Origin: the human T2T-CHM13v2.0 reference genome, Homo sapiens
Length of the DNA stretch: 64,000 bases
Strand: one strand, 5' to 3'
Assembly: GCF_009914755.1 (NCBI RefSeq)
Contig: NC_060928.1
Position numbers and translations under genes: made by a program. Shown here in pieces: positions 1 through 20,587 of the stretch. The notes under the pieces are model-generated. The model did no database searches. It saw nothing but the letters and a program-made list of their open reading frames with translations, and was not told the origin of the DNA. Position 1 is the stretch's first letter, and every line of letters begins with the position of its first letter.

Positions 1-221
1 AGAAATTTGCCAGCTCTAGTGCTATTCATTTTTAAAAATTCATATAAAATTATATTTCATTAAACTAAAGCATTTTTAAAAGATTTTCATATAGTATAAG
101 TCTATTGTCAAGACAAAGAATTCTCAGTTTTCTTTGTCTATTGTCAATGTGTGAAATACAATTGTTTCATATATTCTGGAATGTATGAAAAGTCCAATAT
201 TCTAGTGATTATTATTATAGA

Positions 222-609
222 CTGTCAGAGATTGAATTGTCCCCCATCCCTGAACTCATACATTGAAGCCCTGACCCCCAATATAGCTATATTTGAAAGA
301 TGGTTTTTAAGGAGGTAATTAAGGTTAAATGAGGTCATAGATTGGGACTAGTGTCCTTATAAAAAGAAGAGAAAACAGGGCTCTTTTTGTCCCCTCACTT
401 AGTGTGTGCACACACGGAAGAAAGGCCATGTGAGGACAATGCAAGAAGGTGACCATCTGCAGGGCAAGGAGAGAGGCCTCCTCAGAAAGCAACCTGCCTG
501 ACACCTCGATCTTGGACTTCTACTCTTCAGAACTATAAAAAAATAAAATTTGGTCGAATAAGCCACCCAATCATGCACTGTGTTGTGGCAACCTGAACGG
601 ACAAAAACA
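222..609 (+). mobile_element. MaLR solo LTR (MLT1A/B-like)
   Basis: TG start; MLT1-type motifs 'gaggtaattaaggttaaatgaggtcata', 'ggccatgtgaggaca', 'gatcttggacttc', then AATAAA and a CA end. Confidence 0.75.
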
Positions 610-795
610 GCTACAGTGGTAGAGGCAATCAGTTACCATTTATTCCATCCGGTTGAAATTACGTCTTATTGTTCTTTTGCTCCTCCCACCCTCAATTGTC
701 AGTAGGGTAAATTTCTGATATTTGTCTAGATCTTCTTAAGAAACAGTCCCTTAATGTGTGATCTCTGACTTGTTTTAGGTTTGGTAATTCAGTTA

Positions 796-868
796 TTTTT
801 TTTTTAGAGACTAGGTCTTTCTCTGTCACTTAGGCTGGAGTGTATGGGCACAATCATAGCTCACTGTT
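796..868 (-). mobile_element. Short Alu 3' fragment (AluJ/FLAM-like)
   Basis: poly(T) followed by 'gagactaggtctttctctgtcacttaggctggagtg...atcatagctcactg'. Confidence 0.75.
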
Positions 869-2915
869 AGTTAAAGTTCTAGTGATCAAATTAGATTTCA
901 ACAAACAAAATTGCTGATTCATCTACAGAGGAACAGAAAATATTATTAAAAATAAGAAATAAAAGGTGCTATTGCATATTCTTGGGTTTGAATGGCAAAT
1001 ATTTGCAGTATTTTCAGTGAAACGACTCAATGAAAGTATCGCAAAACTAAATCTTAAAAGACCAACTAAATGGGCTTATGTCTGAAAAAAAATCTGTCTA
1101 TAAAAATGCACTTCACTTAAAAAATCAAGGAAAACAAAAGTAGTTAAAAACATGCTTTACCATTGACACCAAATTAGAAAAAAACATATATAATGTATAG
1201 TCACACACCAATACTGCCTGAGGTGGAGGAAAAGAGAATTTTCTCAGTAAAGGGGTTATAATCTTAAAGAAAAGAGTAGAAAGATTTGAAGATCTGTTTT
1301 TCATCTCTTATACTCCTACACTGCTCCTGTCAACTTTATCTCCAAGAATGTCAGTTCTTTCTCTTTCCCTCAATTAAAACCTGATCACAAACTTAGAAAA
1401 CAGGCAGAAGAACAGAAACCACAAAAGCTACCATCATTTAAAATAGAAAAAGTAAATCTTATTTTAAGAAAATGAGAGAGAAGAGAGAGGGATTTATTGA
1501 CATGGGACATTTTTTTCACTACAAGAAACACACAGGTCATAAGATGTTTTTAAGTCACGCCTCCTGCCTGACAATTTTAGAAAAGATAGGGGGAAAAACT
1601 GCCTTGATTTACATTATCTGATTGCATCATTATGTTTCATAAAACATGCATGATCTGTTATAGATTCCATTATGTGTGTTTAAAATACAATTTCAAATTC
1701 TATTGTGTTAAATGGTTAGATCATTGCAGTATTCTAGAAATAATGGCAGATACACTTTCTTTATAGAGCAGTAAACATTAAGAGGTAATTCACATAAGTG
1801 TGAAGACTAAATTAAAGAATCAGTAGTGGATGCTGTAAATTACTCTGGAAAATGAAAAAAAAGTAAGCATAAGTTTACATTTATTATTTTCTTGCACCAA
1901 TGATTCATTTATAATTGAGCTAATAATTTAAATTCTGGTTTCTGATTTGATTTGAAAGAATGAGAACTTTCCTAAGCAATTCGTTTGCAAAATTATAATA
2001 TGATTTATTCAAAATTACATTCCTTCTCTCCACCAATATTCTTTCTTTATAGAGAATATGGTAATATATTGTCTGCAATGAATATGCAAGTTAGACCTCA
2101 CTAAATGCGGCCATCTTTGCTTTTCTTTCCTCCTCTTGTTTAATTTCTTGCAAGTTGTAGAACCTGAACAAGACTTTTTGGAAATAGTGGATTGCGCTGG
2201 ATGTAAAATAAGTCAGTGAAATTTTATAAAATAGTTTCTCCTCTTGTAAGATGAAACTTTGGCCACTGTTTGAAATATAGCACAAAAATTATTTCATGAC
2301 CCCTATTTTAAAGTAAAAGAAAAATAGCCTGTATTATTTATATTATTCCCATGCAACAGATTAAATTCAAATATTGACTTTCTTTTATGTAAAACAAGAA
2401 AGTAAAATAAACCATCTATTTTCTACATTTAACAGTGATTTATTCATTTCAGATGTGGAAGCTCTATAGAAAAATATTATACTGGTATACGTTGTTTTTT
2501 TTTTAAATTGTCCTCTTATTTTGAACACAAACTATAAGTCTCTAAAAAGAACACTCACTCTAGAAATAGAACTTTTCACTTTCTTTGTCTGTTTGTTCTT
2601 ATATTCAGTTTTGACCCTGTGGGATAGGCACGGTGCACTGAAAGAAGACCAGGCACAACCAATGATACTGAAATTAGAAATAAGCACTAGAGTTAGCATG
2701 ATACAGGAGCTCTGCATGGCGCAGGGACATTCCCCATGCTCATGACATGACACTTACTTGCCTTCCATTCCTGTTTATTGCATAAGCCTTTAGAGTACAG
2801 TCAACTAAAGGAATAAATCAAGAAGTGGGTCAGGAAGTCCCACTGAATACACATCTACAACATATCCCATATTGCTCTACTTCTCTTAGTCTTCACCAAA
2901 ACCTCCTTAGTTCAC

Positions 2916-3266
2916 TGCCATGTTCTTAATGTTTGTGTCACCCCAAAATTCACATGTTAAAATCCTAAACCCCCAGGTGATGGTATTAGGAGGTGGGGCC
3001 TTTGGGAAATGATTAGGTCATGGAGGGCAGAGCCCTCATGAATTAAAATAGTGCCCTTATAAAAGAGGCCCCAGAGAGAGCCCTAAGCCATTGCAACATT
3101 TGAAGTCAGAGTGAGAAGACAGCTGTTTATGAGGAAGGAGGCACCTAATCTGCAGGCACTGTGATCCTGGATTTCTCAGCCTCTAGAACTGTAAGAATAA
3201 ATTTCTGTTGTTTGTAAGTCACTCAGTCTATGTATTCGTTATAGCAGCCTGAAAGGCTTAAGAAAG
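2916..3266 (+). mobile_element. MaLR solo LTR (MLT1A-like)
   Basis: 'aatgtttgtgtcaccccaaaattcacatgtt...gatggtattaggaggtggggcctttggg...aataaatttctgttg...gttatagcagcc'. Confidence 0.8.
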
Positions 3267-3269
3267 CCA

Positions 3270-3955
3270 TAACATGATTAATCGTCTGCATAGCTTCTAA
3301 AGTTGTCTTTCTGTTCTCTACCTCATTCAAATATTTTCTATATAGAAACTAAAGTAACCATTTAAAAAATAATTCAGGCTATGTGTCTTCCTTGCCTAAA
3401 ATTTTCCGCTGTCACTAATTAACTCAGAATAACAGCTGAACATTTTCCTGAGGGTACAAGGATCTATATAACTCGATTTCCATCTAACTTTTCAAGTTTA
3501 TCTTGAACCCCTCTTCTCTTTGCTCATTACTCTGCAGCCATCTCAGCCTTTTTCTTGTCTCCCAAGTATTGCAGTCTTCTTTACATAGTGGGCCTTGAAC
3601 TTGCTCTTCGTTCTGCCTGCAATATCAATGCTTAGACTGTTGCATGCCTGGCTCCCTCTCTTTTCAGGTGTCAGAACAGTTGTTCCACCCTCAGCAAGGC
3701 TTTCTCTGGAAAAACTCAAACCTTAGACATTCTACTGTATCACCCTCTTCTTTTTTTCCCAGAGTACTTACAAATCTCTAGTAATGATTCCATCATTTTT
3801 CATATGATTATGTCTTTATTATCCCAAGAGAGTATAAATTTCATCAGATGAGACTTTTTTCTTTCTGACTACTAGTCAGAAAGAAATAGTAGTAGTCCTT
3901 AGCTTATTACAATGTCTATGACACAGTAGGTGCTCAATAAATGTAGAATGAAATA
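3270..3955 (+). mobile_element. L2 LINE 3' fragment
   Basis: ends in the L2 terminus 'acacagtaggtgctcaataaatgtagaatgaa'; pyrimidine-rich L2-like body. Confidence 0.6.
3858..3886. repeat. Perfect 14-bp inverted repeat with 1-nt spacer
   Basis: TTTCTTTCTGACTA-C-TAGTCAGAAAGAAA. Confidence 0.95.
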
Positions 3956-4289
3956 TTAATGAAAACAGAGTTATTTCTTTGTTTTGTTCTTGATTTTTTT
4001 TTTTTTTTTTTGCCTCCATGTGGTAAGGGAACCAGTTACAAGGATCCTTTTCTTAGTGGTTTTATGCTTGTTCTTAACAATAGCTTAGCTATTTATTTGT
4101 GAATGTGGTGGTAGATTCTCCAGGAGAGACAGTGAGCTAATTCAATGACAAAAACCCAAGCATAGAAATAAGACCTACTTCCTGCCAACGTAGAAACAAA
4201 AATTGAGTCATCTGAGAAACTCAGTCAATGACACAATATAGTGTTTAAGATAAAATAACTCCTCAGGATGTAAGAGTATATTAAATTGC

Positions 4290-4730
4290 TTTGTCCACGA
4301 GTTGACCAGAGATACAGATTTCAGCAAAGCAGATCATTTGGGGTGTACAGGGATTATCTTCAAGGAAGGGGGAGTGATACAGGGAAGGGAAAGCAACCAA
4401 TGAAGAGCAAACTTTTAAGCCAGCTAAAACAACAGGAAAACAGATTACTCTCACAGTGGACTGTGAAGCTTTATGTAAAACATTTCAGAAATATCTTTCC
4501 AAGAGAGGTAAGGGAACTAGGGTATTCATTCTTAGTGGTTAAAGGCTACTTCTGGGAAGTTGACTTTCAGGTATTAAAAACTTTGCTATGTGGGAAGCAG
4601 AGTGGTTTTACAGGGATCCTGGATTGGGGTGGGGGCAGAGAGAAGAGAAGACCTTAGATATAGATGCAGATAACATCCATAGTTGGAGGACATAGAAAGG
4701 TCTGAAGAATATGGGCAGAGTATGACTAGG
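4290..4730 (-). mobile_element. ERVL solo LTR (LTR16-like), degraded
   Basis: 'gggggagtgatacagggaagggaaagcaaccaatgaagag' and 'gggaactagggtattcat' resemble the LTR16 reverse strand. Confidence 0.45.
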
Positions 4731-5101
4731 TTTGTAAGAAGCACAAAGAACAGCATACAGAGTTAGAGCTGAGTTCACCTTGTGGTTGTTCCAAAGGCTG
4801 GCTAGGGGATAGTTCTGTTTGCAGTGACTTCATGCCCCAGTGTCAATGATGAACTGGGATGAGGATTTCTCTTCTCAGCCCTGGGGAAACCAGTCTCAGT
4901 CACCCTGAAAGGACTCCTTATGTCTTTGGAGAGTCATAGTGCCCTAATAGGTACCATTTTTAAGAAATTACCATACCATTCACACCTTTGGGAGCCAACA
5001 CTTGTGTCCTATGCACCCAAAGGAAATTACTAGCTTGATCACATCATTAGTTGAAGAGACCTTGTCCAGTTAGTGACCCTTTTATACCCTTCACACAAGT
5101 G

Positions 5102-5637
5102 TGTTGTCGGTGGTGAGTGGGAGGGAGTGGCGTCCAGCGGCTTTTTTGCTCCTGCAGTTCATTGAGAGTGAGAAAGGATTACAGCTCTTTTACTCCCACC
5201 CCCTGCATCTCGGCAAGTTCTGGGTTCTTGTCCTACAAACAAGAGTAATAAGATATTTGGACACTGGAGAGTGAGTGAGGCAGTAAAGAATTTTATTGAG
5301 CAACAGAAAAAAAGCTCTCAGCTGTAAGAGGGGACCCTGAAAGTGGGTAGCCATCTGTGAAGTTGAGTCCAGGGTTTCTATGAACTTCGAATGGGATTGC
5401 TCCATAGGTGCTCTTGGAAAAAACACCATTCAACTGGTTAAAAAGCATCATTCTGAAGGAACCAATTGAGAAAGAAAGTGGGTAAGATGGGGATGGAAGT
5501 TCTCTCTCTGGTCGTGGACTCTATCTGGAACTGGCATTTCAGTTTTCAGGCTTTAAACTGTCCTTGGCTTGAAGGTCAGGTTTCACCAGGAACCCATCTC
5601 TGTCTGCCTAGGAATTTGCCTGTCTCCTGTCACTATT
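5102..5637 (-). mobile_element. ERV1 solo LTR (MER52/LTR1/LTR27/LTR28 group)
   Basis: minus-strand start 'gtgacaggagacaggcaaattcctaggcagacag'; minus-strand AATAAA near 5292; 'gacactggagagtgagtgaggc'. Confidence 0.65.
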
Positions 5638-7529
5638 GCAGTGATTGGGATAGATACATCTCTGTTCTAACTTCAATGTTTTCCTTTTATAACAACAGTT
5701 CCAAGTTTTTATCTAAATTGATTATTTTTTGATTACTATTTTTTTATCATATATCTTTATTAACTTAGTTTAACATGTATTTATTGATTTATATAATGAT
5801 TTTTGTTTCATTTTCAGTGGCTTGAAACCAATAAATAGAACATTAATGAAGAATATGAGATGAAGCAAGTTCCAGCACCATCACAGGCAACCAAAATCCT
5901 CGTGTAGGAGTTTGATAGGTGGCAGATTCTGAAAGCTGAGATAATGTTTGTGCTCGAAGTATATCCCAAACGACTGCAGAAAAGTAAAATTTATTTAAGG
6001 AAAGCCTAAAATACTACAAATTTTAGCAGTTTTGAGATAATTTGCCTATGTAAGCTGATATGAAATTAATCCATTATTCAAGGTTTGAGAGACTGCTTTT
6101 GTTTTTCCTTTTAACAACTATCACTGGATGTTTATTTGAAAGTGGAGACAAACGATTCTTTCTCTTAGACTACCCTAAAAGATTTGTAATTGTACTAGCA
6201 AATTGAATGTAAGATTATTTTTGCCAATTTGCATAGGCAGTGACATCCTTAAGGAAATCCCACTTCTTTTCACGAGTGGAAAAATGTATTTAAGTAGGTT
6301 TTTCTACATTAGAGAATACCGCTGGTAGTTTCTAAATATCTAACTAGATTAAAACAAAAACATAATTCCCTGTGATAGCAAACTTTTTGTTTATTTAATA
6401 ATTTCAATTGTAAACAAATGAAATCACAGTCTGCTTTGGTGGGGTTTAAGACATCATACATAAAGGAGGCATATTTGGATATATATTTTGAACTGAATTG
6501 AGGAATTACTTCATACTCTGAAGAAGTATTAATACTTCAAAATTTAACCTCAGCACTCCATTGAGCATTACAATTTTTCAGTCTCAGTAAAAAAATGCAA
6601 CAAGGAAATTGTATATGCCTACAGCAAAATTTTGAAGTTCTCACTAGACGCCTGCTTTTCAGGAAGTTTGCAGGTTGCTGAGTGGGAGGCTGAGAGACAT
6701 AAATATCTTTTGGCCACTCAGGTGCTCCCTTGCAGGCTCTGAACCTCTGGGATCCAACAATTAACTCACACATAGAGAAACTGAAGACTTGAGGTATAGC
6801 CGTCGCCCTGGCCAGAGGCCCACCTCCCAAATCCTCCTGTTATTCTAACTATCTCTATGATATAAAGGGACCATGTAGTGCCTCACATGCTTACTGCTCT
6901 CTATAAGCACGGGAGACAAAGTGCAGGAAGCTATACACATGTGCAGAAGGGGTGTAGAGTGAAGATTTAAAAAAAGAGAGACAGTAGAATAGTTGTTCAC
7001 ATTATTGTCATCCCTTGGTGATTTAGTGGGAAACTTTCAAAACATATATGTTTCAAAACATATATTAACTTCAGACATTAACATATGGTTTTAATGAGGA
7101 CCACAAGCTTGTTTTGTATATTTTATACACAATTCACTTTCAGCCTTTCCCACTAATATGACTGCTTATATATATGAAGGTAAAATCTCACATATATATG
7201 TCTCACATGTACATACATGTCTATATGAATATAGATATATAATATGTTATGTATTACACATAGACATGGCATTGTGAATGATTCTAATTTGATATTTAGA
7301 CAGCACACTTATAAATACATATATGAAGAGATTTTCTCTATTAGTAAACTCTTATTAGTGAAAAATTACTTAACATAGGAAAGTAAATGTAAAGAACACA
7401 AATGAAAACTGGGGAAATACCTTAAAAGCTTTCTTAGTAGATTATATATATATGTGTGTGTATATATATACATATGTAAACATAGGAAAGACTCACTGAG
7501 GTATTAATTGATAGATGTAAAGTAGATGT

Positions 7530-8440
7530 GATTGATTCAACAAAAAATAACTTAATGCTCTCTATGCTCCAGCCATCATGTCATCATGTTTTAGTTTGAG
7601 TAGTTTGTCCTTTAATTGAAAAGGCAGATGATTAAATAATTAACTAAATTACTATATAATTTGTATTATAGTAAATGTAGGAATTAAGTATACATATTTG
7701 AAACAAGTCTATGGATGTCCTCACTGAAAAGGGGACATTTGACCATGGAGACACCTGAATATTTTCCAAACAAAACTCACAGATATCTGCATAGTCAAAT
7801 TCCTGTTGTTTTCATGAAACATCAAGGAACCCTTGGGTAAAGGAGAAGGCAAGTAGTGGGAGAAGAAATAAGAGAAGGCCATGGAGTGAAGGACTCATAC
7901 ATATATGGACTTCTGTGCCATCAACACAACTAGGCACTTATTATACTTCCAGCATACCGGGGAGTTGAGGGCTTTTTCAGAAAAGTGGTCTGAAGTTCTC
8001 TTCTGCTAGCTTCTGTTTTCTCTGTGAAATGAAAGGAGATTTATTAGGTAAGAATGAGGATGGAGGTGCTAAAAGTTTAGGGAGAGAAGGAAAGGTGTAA
8101 AGCAATTGTCTAGTAGCATGAGAAGTAAACTAGGGAAAGCTAATCGTGTTGATTGTAGTAATAAAGGGCTACCAGAAATGTTATTTAGTAATTTAAAGTA
8201 AATCTAGCCAGCGTGAATAAAGGGAAAACCATTCAGGTGCAGAGTAGAATGTTTAACTTAGATTGTTTTGTTTTCGGTCTTTATCGTCTCTCAGGCAAAT
8301 ATGATAAACCCAGAGGTGAGCAAAATATTGAGAAAGTGCAAATGGGTGACTGTATTGATGGGCTGGGATCTAATCTGGTTAAGGCAGGAATGAGAATTTC
8401 AGTATTCTCTGGTTTGTAGGAAAACACACTGATATTTTCT
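7530..8440 (-). mobile_element. L2 fragments
   Basis: 'ttgattcaacaaaaaataacttaatgctctctatgctccag' resembles the reversed L2 3' end, followed by a purine-rich L2-like body. Confidence 0.45.
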
Positions 8441-9542
8441 TCTAAACATAGCAACATGGAATAAATATCCCATGCAATATATCTCACAAAGACTCAGGTA
8501 TTATATAAGAATTACACTTTTGAAGAAATCCAAAAAATATTTAAGTACTTATACTTATTTTCAAGTGAAGTTATAAAACCAGCAGTTTGTTTGTCGTACT
8601 GTAGAAAGCTTGTTGAGTATATCCAGTGGTATCAAAGGAACTTTTATTAATAAATCTCTGAGTGAACAGATGTATTTTTCTTGAGGATTCAGAGACGTTT
8701 CATCAACATGTTTCCCAACAAAAATTTGATATGTAACACTTCCATCAAAAAGTTTTTCTATCTGGTTTGACATTTCTTTTATATTTCTGGTATTCTCCTG
8801 TATATTTAGACTCTACTTGTGTACACAGAACCTATTTTATTTTAAGTCTCTACTCAGATTCTCTCTTTGTTCCTTTCTTCTATGGAGCCAAGTTAAGTTT
8901 GGAGTATCTACTGACATCGAGGCAAATAGCACTTGCCTAACTGCAAAAGCAGGCCTGAATCTGAAACAATAGGTTCTAGAATTGTGGTAAAACATAAAAA
9001 ATCAGCAGAAATTTAAAAATTTTATGCCAGATTTTGAGGCATTATTATGAATAGCTGAATATATGCTTTATTAAGAAGTTAGTAAAGTACCCCCAAAAGA
9101 TTAGGAGCAGTATTTATTATTGTTAAATATTTTGTTTCATTACTGTAACAGTTGATGGGGCCTTTTTTCCTCTTAAATTTCCTCCACTATCCTTTATTCA
9201 CCATATACTTTCAAACCATATTCACATGCAGAAGGTAAAATAAGTACTTTGATATAACTCCATAATTTACCAATTACAGGTTAACTTGGTTATCAGAAAT
9301 GTTTAACTTAGTGCTTTTACATTTACATTTTTTTCATACTGCAGATTGATCCATGGTGATTTTCTGTCTCATTTACTTACTTCCATGTGTACTTTTTCAG
9401 TTTCAGTTTGAAACTGCATTTTGCCAACACATAAATGAGTGTATGCTTGTTATATTTTTCGTGGTGGCCCTTGACATTTCTTATACCTCGTTTCCTTAGA
9501 ATATTTTTGTTGTTGTCTTTCTGCTCAGAGAATCTCTATTTA

Positions 9543-9975
9543 AACCAACACAAATGCCCAACAACGATACACTGGATTAAGAAAACATGGCACATATACA
9601 CCATGGAATACTATGCAGCCATAAAAAATGAAGAGTTCACGTCCTTTGTAGGGACATGGATGAAACTGGGAACCATCATTTTCAGCAAACTATCGCAAGG
9701 ACAAAAACCCAAACACTGCATGTTCTCACTCATAAGTGGGAATTGAACAATGAGAACACATGGACACAGGAAGGGGAACATCACACTCTGGGGACTGTTG
9801 TGGGAGGGGGGAGGGGGGAGGGATAGCATTAGGAGATATACCTAATGCTAAATGACGAGTTAATGGGTGCAGCACACCAACATGGCCGATGTATACATAT
9901 GTAACAAACCTGCACATTGTGCACATGCACCCTAAAACTTAAAGTATAATAATAATTACAATAATAATAATAAAA
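9543..9975 (+). mobile_element. 5'-truncated L1PA3/4 (ORF2 C-terminus, 3'UTR, TAA-rich tail)
   Basis: peptide [18 protein letters not shown]; 3'UTR 'gctaaatgacgagttaatgg...cctaaaacttaaagtataat'. Confidence 0.92.
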
Positions 9976-10423
9976 CATAAATGATGGAAAATGTATTTTG
10001 GTCAATTACATAATCTCTTCTAGACTCATGACAAATCTTCCTCAAATCACAATACTCTTGGACCCTCTGTTTGTCCAAATATCTTCACTTTCCCCTTTCC
10101 AAACTTACCAGTAGAATGACTTTTGCTTGTACATCGTATTTCCAATGATCAATTGATGGCTAGATTGTAGGCGGGGTCGGGGGAACCAAAATTATTAGTC
10201 TTCTATTTTATATAAATTATTTCAATACATAACAAATAATTGCCAATTAATTTTTTCCAATTGCCAGTTGTCAATACAAAACAAAGAAGTATTGCCTTAA
10301 AACTGAGTTTATATTCACTAAAATAAGAAGCAAATTAAAAAGGCAAATTAAACATATTATCAACTAGGAATTAAATATATAATCATTGCCTATTTTAACT
10401 TAAATAGGCACATTTGAGTAATT

Positions 10424-10680
10424 TCCCTCCTTTCCTTCCTTCCTTCTCTCTACCTTTCTCCTTTCCCTCCCTCCCTCCCTTCTTTTCTTTCTTTCTTTCT
10501 CTTACTTTCTTTCTTTCTCCTTCCTTCCTTCCTGCCTTCCTTCCTTCCTTCCTTCTCTTTCTCTCTCTCTTTCTCCCTTTCTGCCTTCCTTCTTTTCTTT
10601 ATCTTTCTCACTACCTTTCTATATCTTTTTCTTCTCAATATGTATGTATGTATGTATTTATCTATCTATCTATTCCTATT
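10424..10680. repeat. Polypyrimidine (TTCC/TTTC/TC)n tract followed by (TATG)n/(TATC)n
   Basis: visible low-complexity tract; explains the two spurious ORFs at 10414-10689. Confidence 0.95.
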
Positions 10681-11429
10681 CGTAAATAATATATTTGTGT
10701 TTTGAAATATGTAAAAACATGTCATTGTTTGGCAAATCAGTTTGGGACAATTTTCTTACAAATTGTATCACTTTAACATAAATTTAGCTGATTTCAAGCC
10801 TAATTATTTTTTTCTAAATGTATGTGAGGTTATCAAATTTAATTTGCCCAGCTGAAAGAATAGAAAGATTTGTGTGTCATAATTTAAACACATAGGCTGC
10901 ACTGAATAGCAAAATTGCCATAAAACTGCTTTCAATATTGTACATTTTTGCATGTCACATTGAGACCAAAAGAAAAGTTCCTTCTATCATGAAATAACCT
11001 AGGTACAAAATATGTAGTTTTACTTCCTTAAATATAAAAATCATAATAGTTATTGAGAGTATCAGGGTCATGGAAAAAAGTTATCCGTAGAAAACAAATT
11101 AAATAATTTTTGAATATTGATTATTTAATTGCAATAGGCTAGTTGGGTGCTTTATTTTCCTTCTTTGGTGTACTTCCGTTTCACTGCTCAGCCATTCAGT
11201 TAATAAGGCAATGAAGTAGTTTCAAAGTAAAGCAAACCTTGATGTGCTGCCATTAGTTTGCAGCTCTATGCAATTTCATTGGTACAATGTTAAGCACTTG
11301 ATTGATGTGCTCCTATGTCACTCTCTATTCCCTGCTGCTGCTTCAATCTTCTTATCACGCTTGTCATCACTTGAGAGATGCATTTGTTGGTTCATTTTTC
11401 TGAGTGACACACGACTTTAGAAGGTCCAT

Positions 11430-11525
11430 GAGGAAAGATAATTTGTCTTTTTTGTTTACCATTTTATCCCCAGTGCCTATAGTGACTGACATATAGTAGG
11501 TGCTCAAAAAATATTTAAGTAATTG
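11430..11525 (+). mobile_element. L2 3' end fragment
   Basis: 'tatccccagtgcctatagtgactgacatatagtaggtgctcaaaaaatattt'. Confidence 0.6.
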
Positions 11526-13019
11526 CCTACATACTGAAAGAAATATGGCCAATTTTCAAGTCACGAAAGTTTTAAAATAGGTCATCAAAAGGATCACATC
11601 ATCTTTACATTAATATTTCCAAAAAAGTTTTCACCTTTTGGGTCATAAGTATTTAAAACCTCTTTGCAGAATAAATGTCTCCATTAATCCATGTTTTTCA
11701 CATATTTTCTATGCAATAATGATTTTTGTTAACTCAATAAATTGCATGTCAGTTCCATAATGAATTCACATTTGTATGCTCTCAAGCTGCATAAGCCTGG
11801 ATGAATTCCAAACTGCTGCCAATATGCTTTGCAAAGTCCTTTTTAGTGAGCTAAGTACTTTCTACTAGTAAGCTGTCTAATGCATTATTTTGTGTTATTT
11901 GAATTTGAGTGATCCCTAACTTTCCATAAATTTTGTACCAGTTGGCAATGAACTAAATTCCTATAAAATTATTTGTATATCAACTGGCATAATTGTATTA
12001 TTATAATTTGATCCACTATTGCCATAAAATATAGTACTGGACTTGAGGCATAACAGATATAATTATATTAAAATTAAAGCATATGCACTTAAATTGTCAT
12101 TAAAAAAAAATGGCCATTCCCTGTGAAGCACTTTTGATTGTTAGACTGGCAAAAATAGCAATGCAGATAAAGGTATTTTAATGCAAATGAGATCCGCATA
12201 TTCAAAGATTCAACTTTCTAAAGTAAAGAATTGCACAGAGTAATCTTCACAATGGAAGTGACTTGAAGATTTTAGCTTTTGTCTGTACGTATAAAGGAAA
12301 AATGTCATTTTATTATAGCAAAAATTTCTTTTACTCAAACTTTTAGAAACTTAAGTTGTACATATGGTACATATATTTCTTAACATTAAATACTTTGACA
12401 AAACTATCCAACCTTCCCATATATATTTCTTAACTTTTTGATTCCACATTTATAGCATGTGAAAAATAAAAGTTTTAATTTTATCACATACAGATACCAC
12501 ATGCCTCCTTCAACAATAAGCAGTAAGTAGCACTGAAAGCACTTCCCACTCCATCCCACTAAACTATTTTATTAAATTATTGTATAGGTGTGATACAGAT
12601 TTTGGGTGACATTTCCATTTAGAATTGAAAATATCAAAAATTACCTCAACGCTTGCAGTTTTTGAAAATTTTTGTGTTTTCTCAGCATTCTAAGCTTCTC
12701 CATATTTATTATCTCTTTTTTTCCCAAACTCCATCACAAACCACATCCAGCAAATTACTTATTTTATTATTTGTTTTTGGTAAATTAAAATTCCTTATTT
12801 TCCTACCATCAAATCTAATTACACACATGCATCCGCATATACTTCTTGTTCTCCCTTCTCTTAAAATAAAGACAATTACCTTCTTCTCAAAAGCCATTCC
12901 CACACAGGTGATCATCATTCTAGATGTCATCCCACTGTCTTTCCAAAGGAACTTGCTCCTCTATTAGTCCTGATTTTTCCCACATAATCAGTTCTCACAA
13001 TTTATGAAGTAATTTCTTT

Positions 13020-13225
13020 TTTTAATTTTTTAAAATTTTATTTTTGTTATACATTGACAAATTATAGTTACATATATTTATGAGGTTCAAAGTGGTGTAA
13101 GACTTTTTAATACAATGTGGAATGATTAAGTTAAGCTAGTTAGCATATCCATCACCTCAATATTTAACATCTTTTGTGACCAGAACATTAGAGATTTACT
13201 GTTGGTGATATTGAAATGTATATAA
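13020..13225 (-). mobile_element. Old L1MA 3' end fragment
   Basis: T-rich tail then 'atacaatgtggaatgattaag...gcatatccatcacctcaa', typical of the L1MA 3'UTR. Confidence 0.6.
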
Positions 13226-13229
13226 CAAA

Positions 13230-17650
<4,421 letters not shown>

Positions 17651-18004
17651 ATTTTTTCTTTAGAGTAGCACTGAAACACTAATTTTGATTTTTTGAAGGT
17701 GATCAGAGGAAAAACATAGATTTATTTTCTACCCCTTATAACCTGAATATTGAGGAAGGTGACCTGGCTGATAGAAATTTAGACTCAAATGGTTTCCATA
17801 CCAGATGGGCAGGTGTCTGGACTATGGGACAATTTATGAGTAATAGATCTTGGGAAAGTATGCACACTGGGTCTGTCCTCTAACCTGTATAGGCTAGGGA
17901 CAGTACCAAAAATCTGTACAGATAGGAAAATACATTTTTAAAAGGCCTTATATACGATTATGTATACACATGGAGGTTAGTTATAGAGGTATACCCACAC
18001 TTTA

Positions 18005-20548
<2,544 letters not shown>

Positions 20549-20587
20549 TCATTAGTTGATGCAGTTTCTTCCTAGTCTCGATGGTCT

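Noticed and set aside
2091-2285. Minus-strand ORF ending RFYNLQEIKQEEERKAKMAAFSEV; the part from 2163 would be in frame with the 29-nt micro-exon
   Set aside because: Weak pyrimidine tract and donor, unrecognised peptide, and frame compatibility is a 1-in-3 chance.
6780-6910. GC-richer patch with TATAAA at ~6861 as a promoter
   Set aside because: No CpG island or downstream exon support; TATA-like hexamers are common in AT-rich DNA.
8561-8773. 70-aa ATG ORF in unique sequence
   Set aside because: Length is within chance expectation; no recognisable homology or splice structure.
10414-10689. Phe/Leu/Ser-rich and Lys/Arg/Glu-rich ORFs
   Set aside because: Translations of a simple repeat.
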